Source of the DNA: Raillietiella orientalis
Taxonomy: Eukaryota
DNA length: 64,000 nt
Assembly: GCA_036172245.1 (NCBI GenBank)
Contig: JAYWIR010000020.1
Location: 1,674,001 to 1,738,000, forward strand
Direction: 5' to 3'
How positions within the stretch are numbered: position 1 is the first letter of the stretch; each line of letters starts with the position of its first letter. Shown in pieces: positions 25,148 through 38,150 of the stretch. Below the pieces are notes generated by a model that did no database searches, was not told where the DNA came from, and saw nothing but the letters and a program-made list of their open reading frames with translations. The position numbers and the translations under genes are program-made.

Positions 25148-25755
25148 GTGGATCCTTATTGTGCCAGGTGCGGGGAACGGGAATCCCTCCTGCTGTTAGT
25201 GGACTGTGTTGCCCTCCGGCCCCTGTGGGAACGTTTCGCGACGACCCTTTGGATTCCGGTTGGCAGCCCTCCCAGAGACGTTCTCCGGCTCTTCTTCGTG
25301 AGGGACGCCCTGCAGCCAGCCGCAGCCCTGCCAGCACTTTTCTGCATCTGCAGGATTGTGGCGGCCTGGAGTGAAACCGACGAAGGAACAGATAACAAGA
25401 GGGACGTCATCGAGTATGCAGTTGGCTTTTTGAGAATAGCAACCTAATGGTCCCATCTGGGGAGCATGCGAGAGGACCTCGACGGCATCCTGCAAAGAAT
25501 GGACCCTCCATTCAGCGGACAGTGATTCCTTCCCGGCCCTCCAGATTTTCTTTTTTTTCTATTTATGTTTTATTTTTTATTTTTGTTTTTTATATTTATT
25601 TATTTTTTCTTCCATCCTCCTCCGTTTCGGAGGAGAGTCAAGTCGGTCTGCGTACCGACGACCCGGCAAATCCGTTGTTGTGTTGGCCGTAGCGGGGGCA
25701 TCGTACCGCATCCGTTGTCAGTGTACAATAAACGTCCCGTTGTGACTGGGTGAAA
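25148..25755 (+). mobile_element. Tx1-type LINE 3' fragment, same family, tandem to the previous copy
   Basis: CARCGERESL.LLVDCVALRPLWERF; same 3' UTR ending ctgggtgaaaa. Confidence 0.88.
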
Positions 25756-26580
25756 ATGTCGAAGCGCACATCGCGTTGTCGACGGCTGGCTTCAGCAGGA
25801 AGGCCACTCCGCAGGGGTATTCCGATCCACTTCTCCACGGTAGCCGCCCTCCTGCGCTCCTCTCGATTTCCTGGACGTCTTCTGCCCTGAGAACGTGCGT
25901 CTATTGCAGAAGCTCCAGGTCGAATTCTCGCACTATGGCGGCTACGTCTCGCCTCTTGTCGTGGTCGCTCAACCCGTTGACGTTTCAACAGGTGATGCGC
26001 AATCGGCGGCAGGAGGCGAGCCCACGCATTAGTGTGTTAATGGTGGTGTGGAGGTGGCCGCCTCCCGAACAAGAGGCGGGTTGTCCGCTTCCATATCGAC
26101 GGAAGGCTCCTCGGGCGGCAGACTTCGTCGGCAGCAACATCCATTCCGCTGGACACAAGGACGCTAATCGGAGTGGAGTCGCGCGCAGCGCGACGCACAT
26201 CGGCTCCTCTTCCTTGCCCGAGGACATTCCCTTCTCCACCTGGAAAAGGGCGGCACGCCTCGGGCAAAGGGCCTTCCATCCAGCTTTCCGTTTGGACACG
26301 GCTACGGAGGGAGAGTTTCCGGTTTCAGCGTCGCACTCGGAAGTTGCTGAGCCCTCCGCTGTTGCCAGACACCTCAAGGCCTTCTTCTCGGCCTTGCCGG
26401 GCTACAGCAACATGGCTGCCCACTCTTCCGCGGCCTGCTCGAAGGTCGCAGTGTATCGATGGATACACTCTTCCTCCTCGCTGTCTGCGCTTACGTTCTG
26501 CAGACTCCTGGCTAGGATGGCTTCTTTGATTGGCTGTGAAGCGACTGTTTTTTCACTAGGATATGCCGCAGCATTTATTT
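25756..26580 (-). mobile_element. LINE fragment: ORF1 end plus AP-endonuclease N-terminus
   Basis: minus strand reads LRITC*NVNGLSDHDKRRDVAAIVREFDLELLQ*TH (WNVNGL...QETH motifs with stops). Confidence 0.75.
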
Positions 26581-26599
26581 GTAAAAAATAAACAGACAA

Positions 26600-29500
26600 T
26601 TACATTTTCTCATGCTGAACCCTAAGACTCCACGTCACAACCATTTGCTGGTTGCCGGTGCAAACACCGGCGAGGTCCATCCACTGCTCGGGGGTAGGGA
26701 TACAATAAATAAAAAGAAACAAAAAGTGCAACATAGGGAGGGGAGAAATCTCTAGGGATGGAGAGGGCGGGGAAGGGATCACATTGCGCGCGGATCGATC
26801 CTCTAGATCCTGTTCAGGGTCCTAACAAACTGCGTCCTGTTTGCACCCAGGTGGAGCCACCTGGATACGTTCCTTACAGAGATGCGCGTCCAGTGAATGG
26901 CATCCCTGCCATTCTGTCCTCTTCTGGATGTGTTGCCACAATGCCGCGAATGCAGCACAGCACTGCTGCAGATGCGGCCGGGGGCAAGGCGGCACGCGAG
27001 AAGAAGCGCCTGAAAATGTCCCTGGGGGAGCCTCCGTCAATGTTCAGGATTGTCGCAATACGATTCTAAAGGGGACGGAGGACGATACAGCCGACGAGAA
27101 GGTGGGGGGAATGTCTCTTTCTCCCCGCACCGGTCACAAAAGGCATCCACACTGCCACGTGTCCAGTGAGTGAGTAGTGCTTTGCATGGGAGTCCCCAAT
27201 GCAAGACGAGCAACGTCACCTCCTGCCACTTCATGGGGAGGGAGCCACTGTTCCAACACGCTCGGGGCCACTTCACCTCCTCCGGAGGTAATGCGAATAG
27301 CTCGCCCCAACGTAAAAGTCCGTTGGGCGGGACATTCGGGGTCGCAGCGTCCGCTAGCTGCCGAGATGTCCACGCCATGATCAGTTGGGTCCTGCCGTCA
27401 ATGACGCAGGACACTTTCCACTTTCTCTGCTCGTTGATGTCCCTAGCGTTCAACAGGAAGGGCAGCACTGGGGCAAGGGGGGTAATCTAGGCCCACAGCA
27501 GTTTGTCGTGGGATTGCACGATCTCCTGCAGTGTCCAGCGAGCGTGCCTTCGCAGGCAAGTGTTCTTAGTTCCGCTCGGGACGTGGATCTTTTCCCACGT
27601 GGAGACTGACTCTCGCAACCATACGGAGCAGTTCCGGGGGAGGCAGGAGATCCAGGCGTTCTCCCGAACCACAATGGCCACGTGACGCAGCTGAGGGCCG
27701 CAGTGCCTCAGCCTGCAGTCGAGCGTCACTAGAAACGACGAGAATCCGCCGAATCCGGAGGCTCGTTGGGCCAAGAGGTGTGCTGGAACGCACCAGGGCG
27801 TATCCCACAATTCCGCCGCAAGGGCGAGAGTCCACAATCGGAGCTGCAGCTCCATGCGGTCCAACGCAAGGAGGCCAAGTCCACCATCCCTACGTGGAGT
27901 GCACAAGTCTTTCAAACGCACGCGGACCTCCCTTTGCCTCACAGGGCTGTCCTTAGGAGTCCACTGCTTGCTTTCTTATGAATTGAGGGGCGGGGCAAAC
28001 AAAAAGCAAGGGGCGGAGGAGGGGTGCCACAAACGCATTCCACACCGCGGTCTGCTCCTGCAAGTAAAAATTGCCTTCATGGAACGGGCCGATCGCCAAC
28101 GATGCCTTTTGGAGACGGTCGGACCAAGTTTCTGCTACACAGAAGTCCCCCAACGGAACGCCGAGGTACTTGAAGCACCTGCCCGTGGGGATCCCCAAGT
28201 GGATCCATTCCGGCCGTCCAGCCCACACCGAGCCGACAGGAACGATGCACGACTTCGCCCTGTTCATCTTCAGTCTCGTCCCGCGGCGTAGCAACTCGAA
28301 GAAATCTTCGAGCGCAGACGCCGGGGTGGACCCGGGGAGCAGCAGCAGAAGATCGTATGCATAGGCCGACACGGCAGGCGTGCCAGGGCACGAGCTCGGC
28401 AAGGCAGCCAAAGTCTCCCTGTACGCTCTCAGCACCAACTCGAAGTAGATGCTGAAGAGCAAGGGGCTCATGCTGTCTCCCTGCCTGATGCCGCGGCGAA
28501 CGGGCACGCCGTACACGTGCCGCCGGCCTCTGAAACAAATGTCGATGGACGCGAAGCGCCAGCAGGGGCGCAGTTAGGACACGGTCAGGAAACACATGCG
28601 GTCCAGGAGCTGCAGCAGGAGTTCCTGGTCGAGGCAGCCGAATGCTTTACGCAAATCGACCGCGACCGCAAGAGCTCCCGTGGATTCCACCCATCCTTGA
28701 ACCCATTCCATCCCATGTCCATGGTCGACAGCACGCGTTCAATTTTTACGCGACATTCTTTTATGATTCCTCGTGGCGAGGATTTTCCTTTGCCTTTCGC
28801 GGATTTTTCCAGAGTGTTCGTTTTTTAATTTTTTTTTTTATTACAGCTGCTTGCCTTCCTCGTCGACAGTCTGTTTCGGAATCTCTTTCTCCGATTCCTT
28901 TTTCTGGTGCACGACTTTTTTTTTAGTTGGAAGTTGGTTTTTTGTTTCTTTTTAATTCCTTTTTTCTGCCTTCTTCCGCTTTTCTTCTGCGGGGGTTTCC
29001 GGCGTTCAGCGCCGACCTTAGGGCACACCACAGTCGTGTGGCCCTTTTCGCCGCATGTAGGGCATAATGCGTCCGGACATCTCCTTTTAAGATGGTCGAA
29101 CGTCTTGCAGAGCCCGCAAAACTTGGGTTTCCACACATACCACACATCGACATTTTCACTGCCGATCGGCAGTTTCTGAGGAAGCTCAGATTCTTCGTGC
29201 ATGGTGACGCGTGCCGCCAGAAGCCCACTGAAAGCTCCCTTGAATCCCAAAAGCATTGGGCTTGCTCCACATCGCGTGAACACGGAGTTTTTCGAGTTCA
29301 GTGCGGAGGGCATCTTTGGCCATCCGCACTGTCGTCCCGGTCAAATGGATCACTATGGTGCGATCCACCGTATAGGGCAAGAGATTGAGGCCCTCGAACA
29401 CAACGGGTTTACAGAGCAGTCTGTGAGTGAGGCCTGCATCTCTGCAGACTAGCTCTGCGAACTGTTCCCCGCTCAGGATAGAGAGGCCCACAGTATCTTC

Positions 29501-29800
29501 ATCTTCTATGCCCCATTTTCTCAGGGCATTTCCAAATTTTCTCCTCCGAATAGGGGAATATAAATTGCCTACCTTGCACAATAGGGCTGGGTTGTAGCCC
29601 TCTTGAAGGTAGGCCTCGATTTCTGCAGCTGCCTCTGTCGTTTCCGCTGCGACCACCGCGCTCCGTGCCCTCGCCGATTTGGCGGGGGACGTTCGTGTGG
29701 TGGGGCATGACTTCACCTCCCTAGCCTGGGAAGAAGTGGCCTTCAGGCTTCCTTTGGCCGGTCTTGCGGCCTTTTCAGGCATCTCTGCCATCTAACAACC
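26600..29800 (-). mobile_element. Tx1-type LINE with ORF1 (two CCHC knuckles) joined to RT, internally deleted
   Basis: ORF1 CGLCKTFDHLKRRC / CPTCGEKGHTTVVC; RT GIRQGDSMSPLLF, YAYD, KYLG; CDRCGEKET C-terminal finger. Confidence 0.9.
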
Positions 29801-32800
29801 GCGATTTCGCACCGAAATTCCAAAAGTGTGTGCACTCGCAGGAGCAACGCGTGCAGTTCCAGTGCAGGTGACCCGCATCAAGTGACTTTTTGAAACCTAT
29901 CTCGAGGCACAATCTGGTCAAAGAAACGCGTGCAGAATAGGAGCGACGGAAATCTTGAATCCCGTAGAAATGCCTCGGGAAAACAATACAGCGATAGTGT
30001 GTGCTCAAAATGTGAAATGTAATGATTTTAAAACTACATACTCACTGGAGTGCGGCAATTCGAAAAATTTCGAATGATCAGTTCTGAACTAATTGGTTTG
30101 TGTTTCGATTTTATATGTTTCTTCCGAAGACCGGGAAGCATGAAGTGTTCCTTCGAAGAGACACGATTGCATGGCTGCGGCCGTGGAAACGAACATCCTG
30201 TCATCTCCAGCAAATGAAATCCTTTGAGATCATTCCTTACTGAATCGAAGGGCCTTTCTGGCCTGCAAACTACGCGGAGGAAATTGCATGGTAATGGACC
30301 TAGCGCGGCATTCACTAAGTTGTTTTCACCACTACATGAACTTATCCAGAAAACAAAGCCCTCCTTCGCAGTGTCTGCCAAAGAACAGTGCTTGGGAAAA
30401 AGCAGGTTTGCGGCACATTTCCACTGAACAAGATTCGGCTATATTGCGCCACGCATAGCAACAGTGCCGCTTTACTCTTCCGGGTCTGAGGACTCCACTT
30501 TCGTCCCCTTTCTTACCATCAGCACACAAAGGAAATTCCCGATTGGCACCTCGATTCCACTTACGACCTCGTTTTCATATCCAGAATCCAGTTATCATAA
30601 GTGATCGCTCCCGATCTCATGCCAGCAAGCAGCACGGTTTTCCAAACTGTCCGCGCATTCCTCTTTTATCTGCAACTTCTTTAGCTACGCACGTCATGTT
30701 CACGGCTCTGTGTTGGAATATGTCAGAACAGAGAAGACCTTTTTGAACCGGCAATCAGAACCTTTTATTAAATAGAATTCGCACACCAATCCTATGTCGA
30801 TAAACAGTTGCCTTTGTACACGTCCCAACTAAACTAATGGCGGTTCGCTCTTGCAGTATACACTGCACCTTAGTCGAAAGCCCGCATTGCTCTTTCTTGT
30901 GGACTTTTCTTTTCTTTTGGGACAGGATCAGCACCAGGATTCGCAGATGCTGAAAATGTGAGCTGCTCTCTGATTCTTCATCGGGCGGTCAATGCCTCCG
31001 GAAGTTGCCACCCAGGATCAATCGTGCACGTCCGCCGTCTGGATCTCACTGAACTTCTCGCATTCGCCGTGCTTGGATCCTGGATCTCGTGCCGCGTTCC
31101 TTATCTGTCGGACACCCGACCAGCTTCCTGAGAGCAGTCTTCGAGTTCTCTTTCCGCTAACCACTCTGCAGATGTCGATCGCGTTCGTCCCTCTTCTTCC
31201 CAAACGGTCTTTGTGATGATGCAAAAAAAAGGAGATAAAAGAGAACGAAAAAAGCAGAGTTCCCGAAAGCTTTTCCTCTTGCCTGCTCTCTCGCAATCTC
31301 TGCCAGTCGAGAGCTGCAGGGCGCCTCAGAGGAACCCAAATTTTTCCACTTCATGGAACACTTCCCTCGATCCATAAAGGCGCATGAACTCCAGGGGAGG
31401 ACCGCTGTTGCCCGCGCAGCCCACGTGGAGGGATCTTCGTCCCATCTCGGTGCCAATGACGGCACGCATGACTCTCGCTTTTCTTTTGAGAAATCCAGTA
31501 CCCCAGAGTCCCAGCGGCACAAAGACCTTTTCTAGTGACTCCTCCGTCTCGCCTCCTATACGGTCCTGGCACCGCAGGGACATCCGTTTTCGGGATCGAT
31601 CTCCTTCGGGAAATGAAAGTTTTGCGGGGATCCAGCGAATCTCCCTCCACCCATCTGTGGGATACTCCTAGCGACCTGCGGGGCTCTTCTGCCGCCAAGC
31701 AAGCTTCGCGATGATTGGCGCCGCCTTCCCACTCGCCTCTTCTGATTTTCGTGCTCGAGTTTCGTGCCCTTTCCACGTGTAGAAGTGGTGACTTCACTCG
31801 AACCGCTTCTTTAGTTGGCTGCAAGCTTTGCTGGCCGCAGGAACACTTCTTTTCGTACCAACGTCGTTTTTCTCCTCTTCATCGCACTGATTTCGCTGGA
31901 AGTCGCGTGCTGTTCCGCCTGGAGCAGCTCACCGCTTCTCGGATGTCGCCTTGCCTTCTTGGTCTTCGATTTGCTATGTAGTACTCTTCGTAGGTTTGAG
32001 ACTGGAATATTCCGGCATTGCAACGAGGGCGCTGTGAACAAGGGAAGAGATTCTTTTTCTTTTCTTTTCGAGATTTCCGACAAATTGGCTGAATTTTTTG
32101 CTTTCTGGTTGTTCGGCAACGCTCCAGGTCTACACTTGGAGGGAAGTACCTCTCAAAAACCGATGGATTGTCCATAGACTTAGTGGTGTATCTTCAGGCC
32201 ATCCCTGCGTTCAGTGCAATGTTTGCAGATGGTTGTCTTTTCGTCATTGGAATTCTGGTGCGACGGGTTGGTTCCTGTAAGGAAGACGCTGCCTCGGATG
32301 GAGAGATGAGTGCCCTGGCAGCGTTGGAGGCATTCGGTCATTGGTCATTGCCCTGCGAAACGTCGACTCCGACTTTTGGTGTAAGAAAGAAGGCCTTCAA
32401 AGAGCAGCTGTAAAGTTGCGTAGTTTGTAGCAGTTCTCATGTGAGAATCGCCGTGTTTTAATGCGCTATCGAATGCTCCTGGGACCCAGTCTGAGAGAGG
32501 GGGAAAGGAGAAATGGGCTTTGATAAAATGACCTTACTGAAACTAGAGCCATGGAAACATTTATCCCTCCGTCCTGGTGAACGAAGCACGGACGTGCATT
32601 CCGTATTACAAGTGGTGCCCCCAAATCCACTCCTATTACTTCGTTAGTCCATATCCTTGAGGTTAGGAATTTGGCTTGAGGTAAAAAACGTGTCGTGGGC
32701 AGTTGCCTTCCGCAAATTTTCCATACTGAATAAATGAAGAGCAGAAAACGAGAGAGGAGGGAACCGGTTCCACTCTAGAATTCATAGCTTGGCTGGCCTG

Positions 32801-33203
32801 GTTTCCTGCTGTCCACAGCGATCGCTTCGCAAGCAACGAGCTTCGAGACCATCCCCATCCTCTCAATCGCTGGAACACACACAACCCAGTGCAACAGCAA
32901 TCACCACTGCAGATCTTCCTTCGAATCCAAATAAGAAAAACTATCAACTTACTTTAGTCTGCCGAGAGCGTGCTGTCACGTATCTTGAAACTTCCAGATA
33001 AATCGATTCTTGTTCCCTTTCGCAATCGGGTTCTTTAACTTTCCCGCGAACAAAACATCCGCGTTTAAAAACGTCCCCTACATCACAATATGCGAGGCAT
33101 TCGGAAACAGCACAAACATTCGCGATGCACACGACATGAAACACCATTCCTTCTTCCCAAAGAGATCCCACCAGTATCATACTTTTCCTGCAACACATCA
33201 TTC

Positions 33204-34061
33204 CTAGGCCAATAGTAACGATCTCCTCATGATGTGGGGAGGTTGAAAATACTTGATTGATCCTCGGTATTTTGAGTCAAATATAATACCATTTTTCAAG
33301 GACTCGATAAATCCGTGTTGGACACGTTCCTGGTTGTCCCTTGTGAAGTCTACAACGATGATTCTCTCGCCGTTGTAGATGTGATGCCGTTGCATCAGCC
33401 TTCTTGCAGCTGTGCATGTATATGGCATTTTTTTTTTGAGATATAAGAATTTAGCCATGGTCTTCTCCGCGTTTCCGACGGGGTCGTAGGACCAGTAGAT
33501 TTTTCTGTCGTTGGGATCGTGACGTATGATGTCTAGGATCTTTAATTGCCATTGCTTCCATTGCAAATTGGCAAGTGGGTTGGGATGAGTCCTGCTTCTG
33601 GACAAATGAAAGCATTCTATGGTATTTAAGTATAATCTGTTCGTCTGCGCCGTTTTCAATAAGTTGTGGTATCTGGGAAGAGATGACCTTGATACTAGTA
33701 GTGGCAACCCTGTGCTCACCTGTTCCTCGTAAGTTTTTGGTTCGGCGTCTTCGTTGAGTGCACCGAAAGTCCAGGTGTTTTTGTCCTCCTTCGTACAGTA
33801 CCGTAAGTTGCTCTGCGGACTGCCCTTGGCTTTCTCGAGGTGACTCTTGTGAAAGGGTTTGCGGTGCAAACCAGGCATGGTCCTTGGTTCCCGTAGCTGA
33901 ATGTATCCTTGTAGGTGAGGAGTTTCGGTTTCTCTGCCAAAGCAGGCAAGGTGGCGGTTGCATCTGCACCACTGCTTGATACTTTGGAAGTCCTCTTCGG
34001 GGTCTGATTGCAAAGTGTGACTCACCAGTTGAAAAATAGTCCGTAAGGCATGATTCGTCAT
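33204..34061 (-). pseudogene. rep: endogenous CRESS-DNA virus replication initiator (HUH endonuclease plus SF3 helicase), disrupted
   Basis: motif II TPHLQGY, HLEKAKGS, motif III YCTKE, WKQWQ, Walker A region DPVGNAEKT, Walker B IIVVDFTR, ESLKNGIIFDSKY...PPHI; motif I NW*VTLCN lies in an alternative frame from ATG 34051. Confidence 0.93.
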
Positions 34062-34137
34062 GTTTAGAAATTCACCGCAGGTATCACTGTGGTTCGGACT
34101 GTTTAGGGGGTTTATATACTTCGTAACTACGCAGTTA

Positions 34138-34169
34138 GCGCAACCTGGTCAGTATTACCCAGATTGCGC
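34138..34169 (+). promoter_or_regulatory. CRESS rolling-circle origin stem-loop with nonanucleotide CAGTATTAC
   Basis: GCGCAACCTGG (34138-34148), loop TCAGTATTAC, CCAGATTGCGC (34159-34169), 10/11 paired; nonamer 34150-34158; flanking CGCAGTTA repeats; minus-strand TATATAAA at 34111-34118 upstream of rep. Confidence 0.92.
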
Positions 34170-34387
34170 GCAGTTATCTATCCGACCCCGTGGGAAATTG
34201 TTATGTAAGCATATTTATTTTTAATGTCTGGCTTTTGTCCGCGCACGTGGAAGGCTTGGATACGCGGAAAAGCGATTTGCTTTCGAGGTGTGCGTGGCTG
34301 GTGGAACCCAGCCCCGTGAAAGGCTAGGACAGTCGGGTGGGCGGAGCCAGCCGGCTGGAGTACGAAAGGGAGGGGGGAGGGGAAAAA

Positions 34388-35283
34388 ATGGCAGTAGGCT
34401 GTCAACCAGCCGAACGGTGATGTTGCGTTCGTTATCGTCTCGAAAGCGTAAGCGCGTAGGAAGTGGTTAAAGTGACAGATTGCGGTCAGGCGATGGTACA
34501 TGCAAGAGGCGTCGTCGCCGTGTTCGAATCATTCGAAATCCTCGGTGGAGATGCTTTGCGTGTAGTAGAGCGAAAGGGTGCAGCCGGAGCGACGCATCAT
34601 GCGTCTCAGAGAACGGTTGATTCGGATCCTGTAAATCGTTCGTGGATGTTTATGTACAGGGAGGAGGCGGAAACGCTGTGGGATCTTTTAAGAAGGTCGC
34701 ATTTGGAACAGCTCGCGAGATATTATCGCCATGTAAAGTTGCAAGGCGTGGCAACCTTTGAGTCTCGGACTGACTATAGGAAACATGGCTGAAGAATTCG
34801 GGATGAAGGTTTCGTACCGGAACGCGCTGCTGTTCCAAAGTGCCGCTCAGAGCGAGCATTTTGGGAGAACGGATGGTTATGCGTATACGAACTTATGGCG
34901 GCCCACGAAGGGACATCGGGTTGTTGGTGCAAGTACTTTGGTGGTTTGCGGTGGTACGCAAGGGCGTATACGATAAAGAAAGAAGTGGTCGGAACAGCAG
35001 ATGTGGAGAAATACGCAAAGTGTGGTTGGGTCGATAGTGGAGAAGGCGTGAGTTTGGATTACGAAACTCGGATGCAAACAAGATGTGGTCGTTCCCATTT
35101 GATGAAGCATATGTCAGGTGTGGATATACCACACAATTTGAAAGAAGGTTGTTCACGCGGTGTGCGCCCAAAATCAGGAAAGTTGACATCTGGATATCCT
35201 ATCTACAGAATAACGCCCAAATATTATGTAGTATTTAAACACCTGAGAGATGCTGGATTGTACAGTTAAAGAAATGCAATAAA
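34388..35283 (+). pseudogene. putative CRESS capsid gene, frameshifted
   Basis: divergent from rep across the origin; basic N-terminal SSRKRKR; overlapping ORF pieces 34463-34792, 34758-34976, 34895-35269; C-terminal YRITPKYYVVFK; AATAAA 35278. Confidence 0.65.
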
Positions 35284-37779
35284 TACAAAAGCGATGAAAC
35301 CTTATTGAAATGAAACTTGTGAAAGGGGCGACAAAGTACTAAGGGAGGAGTCAGGCGAGTCAGGGGCTTGTTCTGGTCTAGGGCTTGAAGAACAAGCCCA
35401 TGGGGGAATGGCTCCATCTTCATTAACTTGCTATTTGGTTTTTTTAAAAACAAAGAAAAAAAAACAAAAATGAGATTTAGATGAAAGATGAGATTATAGC
35501 ACGACAGCACTTTACATGGCGCCTGCATGCCGATCTCCTTTTCTAAAAGGAAACACTCATGTAATGGGATCAGCATCTATACGACGTAAATCTTCAATCG
35601 GATAATTCACAGCACCGCTAGCCGTAAATTCTTCCTTCAAATCACTACTCCTACGTTCTAAAATCACCGTCCTTCTCCACCGACTTTCAAGTGGAAGCAC
35701 AAACAAGAATTCCCACCATCAGATATTTCCAGTTTCCGCGTCCAGGAATCAGACATTAGCTTCCCACATCTGAGAAGGTGGCCTGGTGAAAAGTCCAGCA
35801 ATACATCAATCAGTATTAGGAAACAAAATGTCATGCAACCCGTAGCAGCATTCCGGGATGCCCCATGATTCGAACGGAAGGCTCCATCAAACTTCCGATT
35901 CAACCAAATTACGGCCTGTCATGTAAAAGTTGACCTGGATTCTGATAACAGATTCACATCCTTTCCGCAGCTGTTCCCCATGGTCCTAGTTTTGCTTCAA
36001 CCACGTTTTTCCACTCCTGCACTTTCTCAGTACAGCCAGCGGGCAGCCCACAAGAAGCCAATTCAGTCTATGACCTGCACAAAAATCCAGCCCAGGTTTC
36101 ATGTGCTCCACGATTTCCTCTTCGTCCTTCCCTTCTTTAGACACTCCATAAGAAAACACTTCCCATTCCACACTGCACCACCGGCACATATCTTTTTTTC
36201 CCTTTTCCACTGCAGTTCCTACCCATCCTCACAATTCTGTCCTTCACATCGGTCATCACCTTGTTATGAACAGCAGTTACCGTTCCGCTCTTCACGTGCA
36301 CCTGGAAACAAGCACTTCTCACGAAAACCCTTAATCCTTTTTGTAGCACTACAAAGACAAGCCCTATTTTTTTTTTTTTTTTTTCGCACTTCCCATTACC
36401 GCCAGCAATCGTGGAAAACACTGAAATTCGCAGCACTATCATGTCTACCGTATGAGCGTCATCAATTCATTCATTGGAATGACAATTTGCTCATCCCACT
36501 CCCACACGGCAGCAATGACTTCCATCCGTCTGTGGCATTCAGTTCCAATTTCGTGAACATCCACGAGTACCGTGATATTTATCTTTCGAGAATCTCTCCG
36601 ATGTACATTCTTCCCAGAGCTGTGTGCCAGCATTTTCATTTGTACGCGGCGAATACGCTGTGGCTGTCGGGAAGAAGTGTGCTTATTGAGAAGTTCCACC
36701 GGAGAGGAGTCGAAGAAGAGACCTTGGGACTCACGTACGAGGAAGCCAAGTACCCGTCATGCTTCACGAATTGCACGTACCTTCGCTTCAGAATGTACGC
36801 CCTTCTGCGCGGTCATGCGAGAATCTGCAACTCTTCACTCTCGAGGGCATCAGAAACGCATGCCTCGCATCTCCGTGTGCTCTTGTGCTGCATCATCAGT
36901 CGGCCTTCTCGTTCATTATTCCCCCCATGCATCACCGCCACAGTCGTTCTATCTCTATAGCATTCGCTTCCCTTCCGCATCGTCCTTCCCTTTTTCTCGT
37001 ACCTCCTCCATGCCTTCCCCTTCCCTACCGGGGATGCACACCAGTTTCCTGCATTCCTCCTTCTCCTTCGGTTCCCGCTGCTCCCTATGTCTTCCTTTTT
37101 TGTTCCTCCTTGCCGTTTTTGCCTTCTTCACCCCCTCGATGTTCTTCGCCTTCTTTTCTGCTCTCGACCAAGCTGTTAGCCTCGAGTCCATTCCCACTCT
37201 CTATTTTGCTTTGTGCTCCATATTCTTATACTTCTACCCCCACTTCCACCCCACTCCTACCCTCCCCTCTAATCAATACTTTGTGCTGTTTAAGCATTTC
37301 TCTCATTCGAATTGTCCTTTGCGCGGTCTGTCATCTTTTTCGTCATTGCGCCAGTGTCACACGAGGCCTTCCCTTCCTTCTCCTCGCCTTGCCTTCTTTC
37401 TCCTCCTCCTTCCTGTTCCTGCTGCTTTCTGTCTGTGCATGCATCCGAAACGAATTCGTATAGGCAGGTGGGAACAAATGTTGGCACCTTCTACGTCAGT
37501 CCGTCAGCACGAAAGCACCGACGAGAACTCGAATTTGTCCAACGCGTGCACGCTGAACGGAGAATTCCCATCACACCGAAACAAACCAAGGACGGCAGCT
37601 GCAGCCATGGGAAAAGCACAGTTCTACTGCATACGACAGTTGGAGAATTTGTTGCTCAGCCCTACGAAATCCTACTGGAATTGCACTGCTTGAAACCGAG
37701 AGGATCAGTCATGCCTTGGTATCTTATTCCATACGCTTTGACTCGAATGTCCAGAGAAAGCAGGAGATTGGATGACAGA

Positions 37780-38150
37780 TTGCAGCCTCAGCATGCTGCT
37801 GTTGGTTCGGAGTTCTATTCTCTGGCTAGAGATGTGCCCGGTTCCTTTTGTTCTGTGAAGGTGGATCTCCATCCCAAAGGCGGAAATGTGCGCTATCTGC
37901 GCAAGAGGCGTCCTTGGTGAATTCAAACGTCTTCCTTGAAGCTGTGGTCCATGCGGCTGCCACGGATCCTTCGGAATTTGGTAAGCCCGGAACAGACTTA
38001 CGTCCTCCCCGAGTGGTCCTCGGATGTTTTCGTGCAGACACGGCTTGCGTTGCCATCCAGCTTGGAAGCGGAAGGAACCGCTGCTGACGTCATTCGTGGA
38101 TGTATACAGAAGGAAGGAACGTCGGGAGCCTTGGTGGACGCACATCGGCG
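37780..38150 (+). mobile_element. degraded LINE RT N-terminal fragment
   Basis: HPKGG...KLWSMRLPRILRNLVSPEQTYVLP resembles KLWVARLGRIAESVVSPEQSYAVP at about 50520. Confidence 0.6.

Noticed and set aside
30900..32420. Possible coding region on the minus strand
   Set aside because: Only a weak RRRDGG echo of the LINE RDGGLG motif; too degraded to call.
35980..37693. Long ORFs of 326 and 373 aa
   Set aside because: Pyrimidine-rich low-complexity sequence is open in several frames; no domain motifs recognised.
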